Positions 19,064 through 32,115 of a stretch of DNA of 64,000 nucleotides are shown one piece after another. The stretch spans positions 194,318-258,317 of the forward strand of contig NW_003314314.1 in NCBI RefSeq assembly GCF_000143415.4, in the 5' to 3' direction. Source of the DNA: Selaginella moellendorffii. Its lineage: Eukaryota; Plantae; Lycopodiophyta. Every line of letters starts with the position of its first letter. Position 1 is the stretch's first letter. The translations under genes and the position numbers were made by a program. The notes under the pieces are model-generated. The model was not told the DNA's origin. It searched no databases and saw nothing but the letters and a program-made list of their open reading frames with translations.

Positions 19064-20998
19064 GTGAATAATATCACTGTAAGAGAATCTAGGATGCTAA
19101 AACTGCTTGGAAGGATGGCAGCCTCCTGAGGATGGTAGAAAGTGTCCCCAAGGACCTATGGAAGTCATCATGTGTCGCTGATGAAAATCTAGTGGTTGAG
19201 TGAAGTGTCGATAGTGTCGGAGAATGCTTTGAGTGTTGTAGCAGGTTGAAGTTGGGATCCAGCCATGAACCTAAGTTTGGGAAGAATTGAGATGAGGTGC
19301 CAAGTTGGGAGAAACTCCAAGGAAAAGTTGAGATGCTGCTGGGAAATGTCTACCACCTTTATGTCATAGTCGTATCCCAAGTGATTAGCAAGGCTTGACT
19401 GCAGGTTTGGGGTGAGAAGTGCCACCAAGAGTGTAGTCACTAAGTTGGAAAGTCAAAAGTGTACTCAAAGAGAGTGAAAACATTATACTCTCCAAAGTGT
19501 TGTTGATGCCTTGTGACCCTATTTCATTAACAGCTCCAAAACTACTATATAAATGCTAGAGTTGGAAAAGTGCTTGGAGAATCCACCACTTGGATAGATT
19601 CTTCACTATGCTGCAGCGAAGGAATTGATGTGAAATCCCTAGATTTGTTAAAGCCAAGGGATCTCTAGACTTGTGTAGTGATGGCAAAAAAGTCAAGTGT
19701 TAATGTAGTCTAGTCCATGTTGAAGAAGTCAATCATATTGCAGTCAACAACTTAGATCTCCAGCAATGTGTCATCCTCGATAAGTTTAAGGAAAAAAACC
19801 TTAAGAGCCTAGTCAACTTCAATGATGGAAGAAGCATCCACTTGAGACAAGCTAGATGGAAGTAGAGAATAACCATGGGTATTGAGAAGAGTTACTGCAT
19901 AGATGCTGTCGGTAATCGTTGGTTCTCCCTTGGCCCAAGTTGTCATGTAAGTCTGTCCTAAGATAATGGAGTCCTTCAGCTTCCCAAATCCTAGCTGTTT
20001 GAAGTCCATAACAAGGAAATTTAGCATGGAAACCAAGATCTTGACATCCCAACAGATGCCTATATGGACGATTTAGTGATTGGCTAATATTTTGAGGATG
20101 AAAGCTGTGTTTCTCACCACTTCCAAGCCACTAGAAAGTGCGAAGTTGAGGGAGATGATGTTGCTCTAGGATCTAGAATCAAGTAATGCTTGTGCTATCA
20201 AAGATCTATCGCTGATGTGGACCTCTACAAAGAATGCTTCGGGATCATGAGTGGTTTGAGTGTTGATGATGTGCATGTCATGCTAATGTTCCACAAGGAT
20301 GCCTGTGGACTTGGCAAAAGCCTCTAGCTAAGGAGTAAAACCAGGTACATATCGCAAAAGCTCACCAAGTGTGATCTAGACTGAAGTGTCAGCAATCTAA
20401 GCAAGAACCTTTTATGGGACTTGAGAAAGAGTGGAGGGCAACTGGGAGACCCCATATTGAAAGTTGGATGAATATCCAGTTGTTGAATTTGAAGTTGTGG
20501 CCAAGGATGTGGGTGGGGTTGCAAATACCAAAACATGGGGTAACTTGCATGCCATGAGAGATGGGGAAGTTTTAGAAACTAGAGCTGGATCCTGCTCACC
20601 ATCAATATGTGAGGCTAAAGGAGAAACCTTCTTGCACCCTTGAGTTATAGCAGCCATCTTATAATTGTTCTCTACAACATAAACTATGTTGACATGCATC
20701 AGTGTCTTTCCATGGCTTGACAAAGGGGTGTCTTCAATCGCTTTCTACTTCAGTTGTTGCTAGTATCTATCTCTAGCCATGGAAGAAATATGTTGTCTGG
20801 TAGAAGTTACTGTTGAACATGCTGGATAGAAGGTGGTCGAAGTTCTAAGTGAAGCTTCCAACATCTCTCTATGCTGTGTATCATAACATAACAATGCAAG
20901 TAGTACCAAGAATGAAGAGGGCATCTCAATCTCTCTGCCTACTGTAAGCGGCATGCTCTAAGCTCCTCAAGTAGCTTCTCTTGCATTTATCATTGTTG

Positions 20999-21660
20999 CT
21001 AGATAATCTCCTTGTTTCTTGCACGCTTCGACAATGCCTTCTCAATCATTGAGGGAACTCTATCATCATTGTGCGGGGCTGGAGAAGAATGGATCATGGT
21101 AGCACATGAGCTCTCATCTGAAGGTGGGAGGAAAACCTCCTCTACCCTAGGAATCCTGAGATCTTGGAGAAGATCCCACTCCAAAGTCTCTACTACAACA
21201 AATGCCTCATAACACATCCAAAACTCTTGCTTAAGCATCTTGCATTTGAGATTTCCCTTGAGGCCAAAGATGAATGTAGTGATGCCATGAGGTTCATTTG
21301 TGATGAACTTGCACTGGACACACTCCTTCCAGTAAAACCTGAACCACATCACATATTCCAGCATAGATTCACATGCTCCTTGCCAAAAAGTGAACAAATC
21401 CATGAGTAGGCGATTTGCTGGTCACTGTTGATCAAAGTGACTTTAGAAATATGCTTTGAATATGGAGTAGTCAGCCATATCTACCTCCAAGACTGTCTCT
21501 ACCCATGTTGCTGCTTGGCCAATGAGTGATCGCAAGAAGTCACAGAGCTTGTGATCATCGTCAATGATGCCATTTGACATGCAATATTGCTCGAAATGAG
21601 TGACGTGTGTCTTGGCAAAGATGTCACCATTGCCAGATAAGTATGTCAAGTCAGTGCCTC
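20999..21660 (-). pseudogene. Degenerate retrotransposon gag
   Basis: HVTHFEQYC...SLIGQAATW...; QGACESMLEYVMWF; TFIFGL motifs, broken by stops. Confidence 0.65.
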
Positions 21661-22989
21661 GCTGTAGAATGTGGATTTATGCAAGAAGAGCCATGGATGG
21701 TGACTCGATATCTGTAATGAATGATGAATCCTCCTCATCAAAAAGAGTAGTTTGATAATCGAGCTCTTGTAAAAGGTGTGAAAAATGTCCCCATACCCTA
21801 GGCATTGTATGGAAGTTTGCTGGTTGCCATCTCTAACTGGAACAAGTGCAAACTAACATAAAGTGTCCACTGTGCAGCAGATGCCAGGTTGTGGAAAGTA
21901 CAATGCACTAAGGACTCTGACTTGTGTGAGAGTAAAGTATCTAAATGGGATAACTCCAAATAAAAGAGTATCTTCATGTGGATTTTCCCAACTAAAATCA
22001 CTCTCACTCCTGCAAATGCCAATTTCTCACAACAAAAAAAAAAAAAAAAAAACTTGCAAAGGAAAGGGGGAAAAAAGAAAAATTAAACTCCAATACTCAA
22101 AATGCCTAAGAGGAAAACATTTGCATGGAAATCTCTTGACTTTGCACACAAAAATGGGTATGGATGGACTTGTTTAAAAGTTTATACTCAAACCAAAAGA
22201 ATGAAACCAAAACCATGAGTTAAAATGCCTAAAATCTCAAAAAAAAACTGATTCAAATATTAAATTCTAGACAATAAAAAGGAAAACAAAAGAAAATGCA
22301 CTCCCTAGTACAAGAAACACTCATTTTTAACATTGGTAAAAGGTAATAACATGGCCGTAATGATTTCCATGAGAATGACACCTCAAATTCCCTCAAGATT
22401 AAGTTAGAAACTTGCAAGTTTGAGTTATGAAGCGCCGTGAGAGAAAAACTACTCCATGTCATAGTTTAAAGCGAATTAGCTACCAAGAAAGGACTCTCCA
22501 AAAAGCTTGTCTTTAGATTTGCATGTCCAGAAAAAGAAATTCTTGAATCAGTCCCAAAATCGCAAGCTTAAAGTGTTGAAAATTTGCCGTGAAAAACAGA
22601 GCGTGATAGACAAAATTTCATTAAATTAGCAATTGAATCCTCCACAAAACAAGGTGCTCTTTAGCTTGTTGGAAAGAGGATGCCAAGTCGCATCGACCCA
22701 AAGAAAGAAAAACCAGAATCAATACACTAATCACGAGAAATCACTAGAAAACCAAGTGGAAAGAAGTAATGTAGAAAATTAATGCAAGGACGAGAAAAAT
22801 CTTTAAACTTATACTCTAGATTCATGGAAGTCGAAACCCCTAATGGTCCTAGGGTCTCTAAGAATATGAATCTAACCCCTAGAACTCAAGATTTCTCTCA
22901 ATTTCCTAAAAAAAACTCTCCATTCTTTCAAGAAAATTAAACTAGCTTATTCATGTTGAGTTCACCAAGTTTTAGGTCATCTTTCAGCC

Positions 22990-23326
22990 CTAACCATGGA
23001 TCCATCCCTCACATACAAATTCACAAAACCGTAATTCCAAACTTAACTGTTAGAGGAAATAGGGAGGACCTTTGATATTTAGCCTTTGTAGAGTTTTACC
23101 ATTTGGAATTTTTCAAGAATCAAAAATTCCTCTCCCTATCTCTCAAAACACCCATAGCTGCAACTAGAGAGTAGGAGTGGGAGTAAGAGTGGGAGCAGCA
23201 ATAGTAGTAAGACTATGAGTAGGAGTAAAAGTGGAAGTAAGAGTAGGAGCAAGGGTAAAAGTGGGAATTAGAGTGGTCTCTTTGGCTATAACACGTGACG
23301 TAAAGATAAGCAATAATGTTGCAACA
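22990..23326. repeat. Diverged copy of 60-400 (probable old LTR region)
   Basis: Similarity to the window start. Confidence 0.6.
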
Positions 23327-26300
23327 TTTGAAACAAGAAATGCACCCAAGTTTTGGGATTTAGAAGGTTTTGTAATCAAGTTTTGTTATACCTAAGCATG
23401 TAAAAAACCCAAAGGCTTGGTGTGTTTAGCTGGTTGTGCCTAAAAGGAGTGTAATTAAACCTTAAGTCCAATTTAACCCGAGGAGGGGGATTAAGAGAAA
23501 AATTTACAAATTTGTAGATGGATGGCTCACACTCTATTGCTTGTGTAGTGAGTAGCTAAATCCAAATAGGACCAAGTAAGAGATGGTATAATAAATAGGG
23601 ACCTTGGCAAGGAAACTTAACTAATGCCAAAGCAAAGGTGGTCAAATAGAAAAGGTAAGTTGGCAAATTAAAAAAAAAATATTTATAGCTTATATCAAAT
23701 TCCAAACCCTTTGTGCAACAAAATGAAGATTTGGTATGCACTTAATATCTTCTACGAACACTAACTCCCTATATCCAACTTTTGCATGTAAAATAGTATC
23801 AGATGGTGTTTAGCCCAATTTTGGCATACTGGTGGCCTATAACAAAAAAATGGATACCCCACTAACTAAAGCAACATGGAACTTGAGATTATTCCCAAGC
23901 TAGATGCAGAATCATGAGCAATACAACCTAGCAGGAGCCAAATTAATATCTTAGATGGTCAACAATGCTTCCAAATACTATCTTTACTATACATTTAGAA
24001 CCCCCCACAACCCCTCATCCCTCACCCTAGAAAAATGCATGCTTTTAGGCTTTCACCCCAACCTCAAGAACTAGTTTATGGGATTTGAAATTTTACTAGA
24101 TATGGAATAAAACTAAATTGTGAATTGGGATGTAAAAACAACACCATGGAATTCATGACACTCTCTAGATTCCATAGATATGCATTTTAGACAGATTTAA
24201 CCACTTACTATGGCCTGATTGATCATTGCATGCCTCGACCCTAGAAAAAAACCATGCAATTATATCATTTGCATCGTGGTGGATTTGAAGGTTTAAAAAA
24301 CTCAATACATCAGGTATGATAGTGAGGCTATTTGGTGGACACGATAAACTATCATAAGCATTATTGAGGAACTAAACTCAACACATGAGGGTTCTTGTCA
24401 TTAGCTAGTGCAACATACAACACATTTAGCTAATAATATATAAAAAAATTCCACCCTTATGCTTTTTTGGTCTAAATACACTTAAGATAACCAATAAACT
24501 CCACTAACATAAGAGGGGACAATAATAAAATGGTCCAACTATATTGACCTTTATGGCAGAAGAGAGAGTGTCCAAAAGTACTGTTAACAAGTATTTTTTT
24601 GATACTTGAAGCCACATTTATGATATTTTACAATATATGCCCAATGTACATGATAAGATGATGCTAACTAGGCATAATTATGCTAATTGTGAAATTTTGG
24701 AATTTGGTGATTATGAAGTTCTACTTGGACTTTTAATACAAAAAAATACACTAAGAATATTAGGAAATCCTCTTGATTGGAACTTTGGACATATCTAGAA
24801 AGATTGTTGTTGAGAAGAAACAAATTAATATCCTTGCAAGGACTTTATATTGCCAAAGTAACTTAGTGTTCTGGAGATTCTAGCATCTTTGTCAAGTTCT
24901 TCTAGTCAAGCTGGCCAGACTCACTAGTCTATTGGTATTTAGAAGTGCTCTTATAATAAAGTTGGTTGGACTCACTAGTCCCTCAAGGGGTTTTTTCTAA
25001 AATCTAAGAGCACTCAATTCCTCATGGTTGTCATGAGTCTATAATAGAAGCATGTGACTTTTAACTCTATGACTTTCTTCTAGCCAATTCACCAAATTCA
25101 CCTAGGTGTTAAGACCAAACATTACACAATAAATAAAATATTGAACACATACCATCTACAAGATCTCTTCTAGTTATGACATCTATAGGCAAAACACTAA
25201 ACTATAGTTAAAGTATGAAGAACAAAGAAACAATTAAAAACACAAAAGCTTTGATTTTCTTACTTTCCCAAACATTTCAATCAGCAATGTTAATCTAACT
25301 TTTCTTTGATCCCTTGGGCAGTTTTCCACCATAAAGGATCAAAGGACAATAATAATATTGATGGCAGAGGGAGAGAAAATACAAAAGAAAGCCTTAGGAA
25401 AAGTAAAGAATAATTGAGTAAGTGAGTGTTGTGATAGAAAATAATATTGGCATTGCTAATTATGTCAGTGTTGAGGACAAACCTCTACATAGCCATGATA
25501 ATTAACATCATAGTAGGGAATTTTTAATCTTTAGGCAGCAGTGCTTCTTTGTACTCACTCATGTTGGTGTTGTTGGAGTTTTTGCTTCACATAAATATCC
25601 TATTTAAATACTATGATTTATTAAAGAATTAAAAAACTATATCTTTAATCTAATTTTAAATCCATTTTATTTATTTAAAATATAAAATTTTTATTAATTT
25701 TATTGTAAAAATTACTATAAAGTTTTTGACATTAATTGGTATATTGAGAATTTTAAAATATCATTATTTTAATATTTTTTAGATAAAATATATATTATTC
25801 TCAGCTAATGGAATTGTAAAAAATTTAGTAGTTGTATACCAGTCTGGTTTTATACTTTAAGAACACCTTTATATTGTGTGTGTGTGTGTGTAACTAAATA
25901 TATATTAAATTATAATATTCTCTCAAAAAACATAAAATAGTGACACTAATAAAACTTTATTACCAATAAAAATTTTCTTTAAATATTAGCATCTTGATTT
26001 CATAGATTTTAAGAACCCATAAAAATATAAACTTGCAACATAATAACTAAATAAAGGAAAATGTCAAAGGCCAAATGTAAAGAGTAAAAAGAATCAATTA
26101 ATAATCAAATTTCTACTTGGATTACAATTCTCAATTTAATCAGTATTTAGTAGGAACTTTTATTTATAATAACCAAACGAAGACAAGTGTTTCTACTTAT
26201 CAATTTCCTATACAAGAGTATCTAAAAGAGTGCTTGTGTGTGGAGGCTGGTAAAATGTTGCAATGCTGATCTATCTATCAAACTGCAAGAAATTGCAGAG

Positions 26301-28279
26301 GTGAAGGGAAGTCTCTTGCCAATTGCAAATGCGATGGCCTTTAGACTCTCGTTCACGATTTGAAGCTTTCTTTGATGCTCACGAACAGCAATCTTACAAG
26401 TTTGATTGGTGGCGACGTGCAGAAATTTAGTTTTTTTCCAATACAATGGTAAAAACTTTGACTGTCTGGAAGGAGGTGGGCAAGCCTTTTCATCCGCTTA
26501 TGACCTTCTAGACCAAGTCAAATGGCTTTATACCATATGGAACAACTGGAGGTGCGTACATATTAGCTCCTGAGTTCTTGCTCTAACGTGGTGTCGTGGT
26601 GTCGTGTGCCTGGGTGCCTAGAAAGTCGAACACCTTCGCTATCACCATCGTTACCCCACAGTCCAGCAGGAGATTTAAGGCAAAGCGTCCTTTATCAACG
26701 TGCACGTCTTCAAAGGCTTTGGAATTCTTCTAGTCTCATGTGATTTTGCTTTTTCCCAGAACCACTGGAGGTTCTTGTTAATAGTATGACTCTCATCATT
26801 GTTTTTTCTTGTTTCGTTCTTTTTATTTCACAGGTGGAGTTGCTAAACTCCCAGTGGATTGAAGATCGTTCATTTGGTCGGGTCGGTTCAAATTTACATG
26901 CTATGTGATGGTAATGCCTCTGGAGCAAACTATGTAAGATCTTAATTTCCTGAGCTGGATTTGTTTTTCCATTTTCTAATCAAGTTACGGGGACAAACTG
27001 ATCAGGAATCCTTGCAAACGTACAAGAAGATCCACGATGTTAGAGACCAGTCTACAGATTGCAAATACTCGGCCTACATGGTAAAGTTCACGAGTTTTTC
27101 GGGGGATGCCTTGCCAAGCGGCCATGCCGCCAAGCCCTAGCGTGCTCTAGGTATCATCTTGTTGCAAGTCGGATCTCGGACCTTTCAGAGATTCAAACAT
27201 TATGAACATTAAATCATCGTTTTTACAGCTAAATCAAAGAAAATGATATGAAAAAAACTATCACGAGTCTGAACTATTCTGCTGCTCGATCAAACTTGTC
27301 ACTGCTCTTTAGCTGCTTCCACTTTTCTTTTTGAAGCTGCTGCCCCTACTCTGCTGGGCGAACTTAAAACTTCGATTTTTCAACCTGCTACCCCTGCTTG
27401 GTTTAAGAAATTTTTCGTCTTTAAGCTGCTCAATCTTTGCTGCTCGATCTTAGCTGTTTCAGCCTGCTCCCTTTCTCTCCAAGTTTTAAAATCATCTTAC
27501 AGTTTTCCATTCCCACTTGCTCGATTCTTATGATCTCTGACGCTGGTTTTATCTTTCGCTGCTTCAAGTCCTGCTCCACCCTCATTTTCATATTCTTCTG
27601 GCGGCCTGCTATGATCTGGACCACGTTGGCAGTCAGACTATTTTCCAAATAGAAAAGAAACATAATCTCTCAAGGTTATTTACTCACAAGTTGGCCAGAA
27701 TAAGCAGCTCCTTAGCGTAGTCTCTGAGATGTTTTATTTATTTAGTCTCGAAGAGACGGCCTCCTACGATCTGGACCAAGTTGGAGCTCAGAAGATATTC
27801 CACCAGAGGAGAAAATTAAAAAACAAAAAAAATACCATAGGATTTGTTGCTGATACTAAAGGAGCTACCATCACAATTTGTGTGTCGCTGCAGCTTGCTT
27901 CTTCTGTTTAACAACACGGATGAAATGAATGGAAGAGGAAAAAACGAATGACTCTACGTACCCTCAGTCCACATTTCTCGATTGTAAAGGTGGCCATTGA
28001 ACCTCTGAATCGCTTTGCACCAGCTTCCACGTTCCATGAAACTCGTCTGATCTTCTGTCTTTATGACTGTTGCTTCGTCTTAGAGTTCACTCCAGCTCTT
28101 GTAGTCTCCGCATGTCAGGGGCGAACATCAGCCGTTTTTCAGTCTTTGTGAAGCCGAACCTCTGGCTCCACCGCCACAAGCAGTTTCTTCGAGTTTGAGA
28201 TCATCTTGCCATCATCATCTTCTATCATCCAAGCACCTGTAAGAGTGATCCTGGACAGCATTGAAGCTCTCGTCCCGTT

Positions 28280-30360
28280 TCCGTCAACTAGAGAGCTTTG
28301 TCTTTGATCCGTCTTGGCATCTCATCTTCTCCTTCATCTCGCTGTTCCCACGCCAACGTTTGATGGACTCTTCTCCACTCGGCTGGCTGACTGCTCCGAT
28401 CTCGGGCACCGTCTCGGCGAGCTCCGCTTGAGAAGCCCAGATCTTGACAAAATTATCTGCTATCTCCCGATTGATCAAGATATCTCCGAAACTTTGGAGT
28501 CGAGGGAGGATATCTCCTCGAAGAGGTTGATCTTCTCTTGACTTAGAAGTGTGGAGACTGGTCTCTGGCGCTTTGGAGGCTTGCTACTGCTTCCCTGCGC
28601 TGCTCGAGCTGTCAGTACTTGGCTTGCACCTCTGTTCTGTATTTGACTCTCGAGAGCTGGTTACTTCTTGAACTTCCATTCTCGTTTCTTCGACATGCTT
28701 AGAACCTCTAGCAGTTAGGGAATGCTTCCGCCACTTCAGGCCTTGATCGTGCTGAGAAGCTTGAGCGGAAGCATGCAAAAACACAGCTTCCTGCGAAGCC
28801 AGATGCTCCTTCTTGTCGCATGTAGCGTCCATCTGATCTGTCAAACCTCTGGAGCGCGGCGCTCCATGTGCTCTCACATCGGTTCTCCTCGGCTTGTCTT
28901 CTTCATCCTTCAGAGCTCCTCGCCCAAAGCTTCGCTGTGCATCTGGCACGTCTCTCTCTCCTCCAGCGCCTCGAGTCCCGTGATCCTCTCCATCAGCTGC
29001 CAGTTACTTGCTTCTCCAGCCTCGCCTTTGCGCTTCCAAACTCCGCCATCACGTGCTCTCGCCGAGAGCTCCACCTCGTGCAGCGGATTCGACTCCGTCA
29101 GCCATTATCCCCTGGGGCTTCTCCTTCAAGAACTCCTGTCCGAACACTTCCCTCATTCCACCAGATGACAGAGAACGTCTAGCGTAGTCTGTCTTATAGT
29201 CTCCACAGCCATCCGAAACCCTAGTCACGAGCAGCTTCAGCTATATCGTCTTCTCGCCATCTTGCAGCCATCTGACACTGGTTTACGTCGTTCCTCGCTA
29301 CTATCATGGACAGCCTTACCGCAGCAGGCGCTCCTGAATCATCTCCATCCACTGGAAAGCCGATAAGATAGATTCCTCCTGCTCCAGACACTGTAGAGTG
29401 TAGCCCAACTTGATCCATTGATCTTCTCTTGACTTAGAAGAGTATGGAGGCGGGTCTCTAGCCTGTTTAGATGCGGAAATTTGATGGACTCTGCTGCACT
29501 TCCAGCCGACTGCTCTGCCTGGAGCCTCGTCAACCGCCGCTTTCGACTCTCCATCTCGGCCACCATCTTCCGAAACTTTCAATTCCAGTCGTTGATCTTC
29601 CCTCGACTGGAGTGTGGAGACTGGTCTCTAGCTCAGACTTGACGCTTTAGTGACCTGCTACTGTGGTGCTCGACTTGCTTGGACATTTGGCCACAGCTCC
29701 GAGTTTTCCCACTCCAACTTTTGGATTTGATTTCCCTTGAAGCAATCTGACACTGAGTTCTTTGCTGATACTTTCATCCGAGCAGCTGTACGAGCATTCC
29801 TGGACAGCCCTTTTTCAAAGTCTCCGTCAACTAGAAAGCTCTACCAGATGACAGAGAACGTTGAGCGTAGTCTGTCTTATAGTCTCTGCAGCCCTCTCTG
29901 TGAATCCAAATACCCCCACTGTCACGAGCAGCTTCAGCTATATCATATTCTCACTATCACCATCTCCTTGCAGTCGTTCCCTTGCTACTATTCCTTCAAG
30001 CTGTGAACATTATACCGCAGAATCTCCTGTCTCATCTCCGTAGACTGGAAAGCTGATAAGATAGATCCCTCCTTGCTCCAGACACTGTAGAGTGTAGTCA
30101 AACTTGATCCATTGATCTTCTCTTGACTTAGAAGAGTGTGGAGGCTGGTTGCTGGCCTGTTTAGACGCCTGAAGTGTGATAGACTTCTCCGCCTGGAGCC
30201 CTGAGACACAGTCGTCACGCACTGCTTTCACGTCTTGGACAGTTGCAAATCTTTGGAGTCAGTCCTCGAGAAGGTCGATCTTCTCTCGACTTAACTGGTC
30301 TATAGCTTTAGTGGCCTCCTCCTGTGCTGCTCAACTTGCTTGGAGATCCAACTTCTGGAT
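28280..30360 (-). pseudogene. Degenerate internally repeated coding-like sequence (possible LRR remnant)
   Basis: CTAAGTCAAGAGAAGATCAA-like motif recurs about 5 times; LNRLETRLHTLLSQEKINGS resembles a plant LRR consensus; no long ORF. Confidence 0.3.
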
Positions 30361-30389
30361 TTGACTCTTGAGAGTTGGCTTCTCCGATG

Positions 30390-32115
30390 CTAGAGTCCGA
30401 GCACTGGCCTCCAGTTGACCAATCCTTGCAGCCAACTTCTCGAGCTCGGAGCCAACTTCATTTCTCGTTTCTTCGACGTGCTTAGAACAGTTTGCTCGTG
30501 TTCTCTTCTCAGGTAAACCCAGGGTCTAGTCGTCTTAGAGTTCGCTCCAGCCCGGCCGATCATCTTCTCGCCATCATGGTTCCGACAAAACAAACACTCA
30601 TCGTTCACTTCAGCTCTCTACAACAAACACGGAAGTTATGGCCATCTGGAATCTGGAAGGTATATCAAACTTACCTGTCTCCTCTTGAATTCTGCAACAA
30701 AATCTCTCCCCGCACGATCATATAGTTCTTTTGCCTCCTTCACGAAGACCATCTCGCCGGACTGAAGCTTCTTCCACGGTTTCCTCTCACTCGGGATCCT
30801 ATCCAGCATTTTCTGGAGCCTCATCATCTTCCGCGCTCGCTTGATCCTCTCTCGGTCGCTGGATTTGCCGTTGAGCTCCTCGTAAAGCTGCTCGGTGAGT
30901 CTGATCAGAATCCGGAGCGCACTAACACTCCAAGACTTTTCCTCGTACTTCTCCTCTTCTGTTTCCTCGCGCTTTTCCTCTTCCAAGCTGCGGATCTTCT
31001 TCTCGGTTTTTCCCCTCTGGTTTAGCCACCGATTTACCTTGTGGAGAGCTTCGAGATACGCGAACTCAACATAGCCCCCTCGGCCATCGCTAAGATGGGT
31101 TTCACTCCGCCGTCGGGTGCCGTCGGGAAGAATGTCCTCCGCTGAGGAAGAGAAGCGAACCATCTTCGGCCTGGAACCTGCAAGTCCAGAAGGCCATCGT
31201 GAGTCACAGTAGAAGAAGAATGCGAGAAGCAAAAGGAACCATACCTGGACGACGACCCCCGGCTGGCAGTAGAATTGGCTTGGGTCGCTGCTCCTCCTGC
31301 TTGGGCTTGTCATTCTCCTGCTGCTTCATCTTCTCTTGATCGTCTTCCCGTTCCAGAGGCTGCTTGATCGGCTTGATCATCTGCTCCTCCTCTTGTTCCA
31401 GCTGCTGCTTCATCGGCTTGATCATCTGCTCCTCCTCTTGTTCCAGCTGCTGCTTCATCGGCTTCATCCGCTGCTCCTCCTCCTGTTCCTGCTCTTGCTT
31501 CATCGGCTTGATCGGCTTGATCGGCTGATTCGGCTGATTCTTCTCCTCTCGTTCCAGCTGCGGCTGCTCCTTGTGACCTTGCTCCTGTTTCACCTCGCGC
31601 CTGAGTTCCTTCGTCTCATGGGCTTCTTTCTCCTGCTCCTCCTCGCTCAGCTGCTCAGCTTTCTTCTCTTGCTCCTCCTCCTTCAGCTGCTTCTCGGCTT
31701 CCTTTTCCTCCTCTTCTTCCAGCTTCATCGGCTTCATCTGATCGGCTTCTTTCTCCTCCTCGTTCACCTGCTCGGCTTTCTTCTCTTCCTTCAGCTGCTC
31801 CGCTTTCTTCTCTTGATTCTCCTCTTCGTCCTCCTTCTCTTGTTCCGGCTTGATCGGCTTGATCGGCTCCTTGTGCCCTCGCTCCTGTCGTATCGCTTCT
31901 AAGACGATTTTCACCTCGTGCCTGAGTTCCTTCAACTTCAAGGCGGCGGCGTCCATGGCTTCTCCCGAGACGGCCTCACAGACACGAAGCTTCGAGGCCG
32001 CCGCGTCCATGGCTTCCGGGTGGACCTTGTTGTCGCCCTTGTGCGCCTTTTTTGGTCGAAAGAGAGACCACAAACCTGTGACGCATCCACTGCGCTCCTG
32101 CTCTGTTCGCGCCAT
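30390..32115 (-). CDS. Glu/Lys/Gln-rich low-complexity protein of unknown function; predicted exons 32115-31245, 31177-30675, 30617-30390
   Basis: Phase-consistent GT-AG introns (67 and 57 bp) join three long ORFs; MKPMK/IKPIK-E-rich repeats; last exon least certain. Confidence 0.6.

Noticed and set aside
31336-31902. Leu-rich plus-strand ORF (and its copy at 62543-63550)
   Set aside because: Antisense shadow of the Glu/Lys/Gln-rich gene; the second copy is also inflated by the N gap
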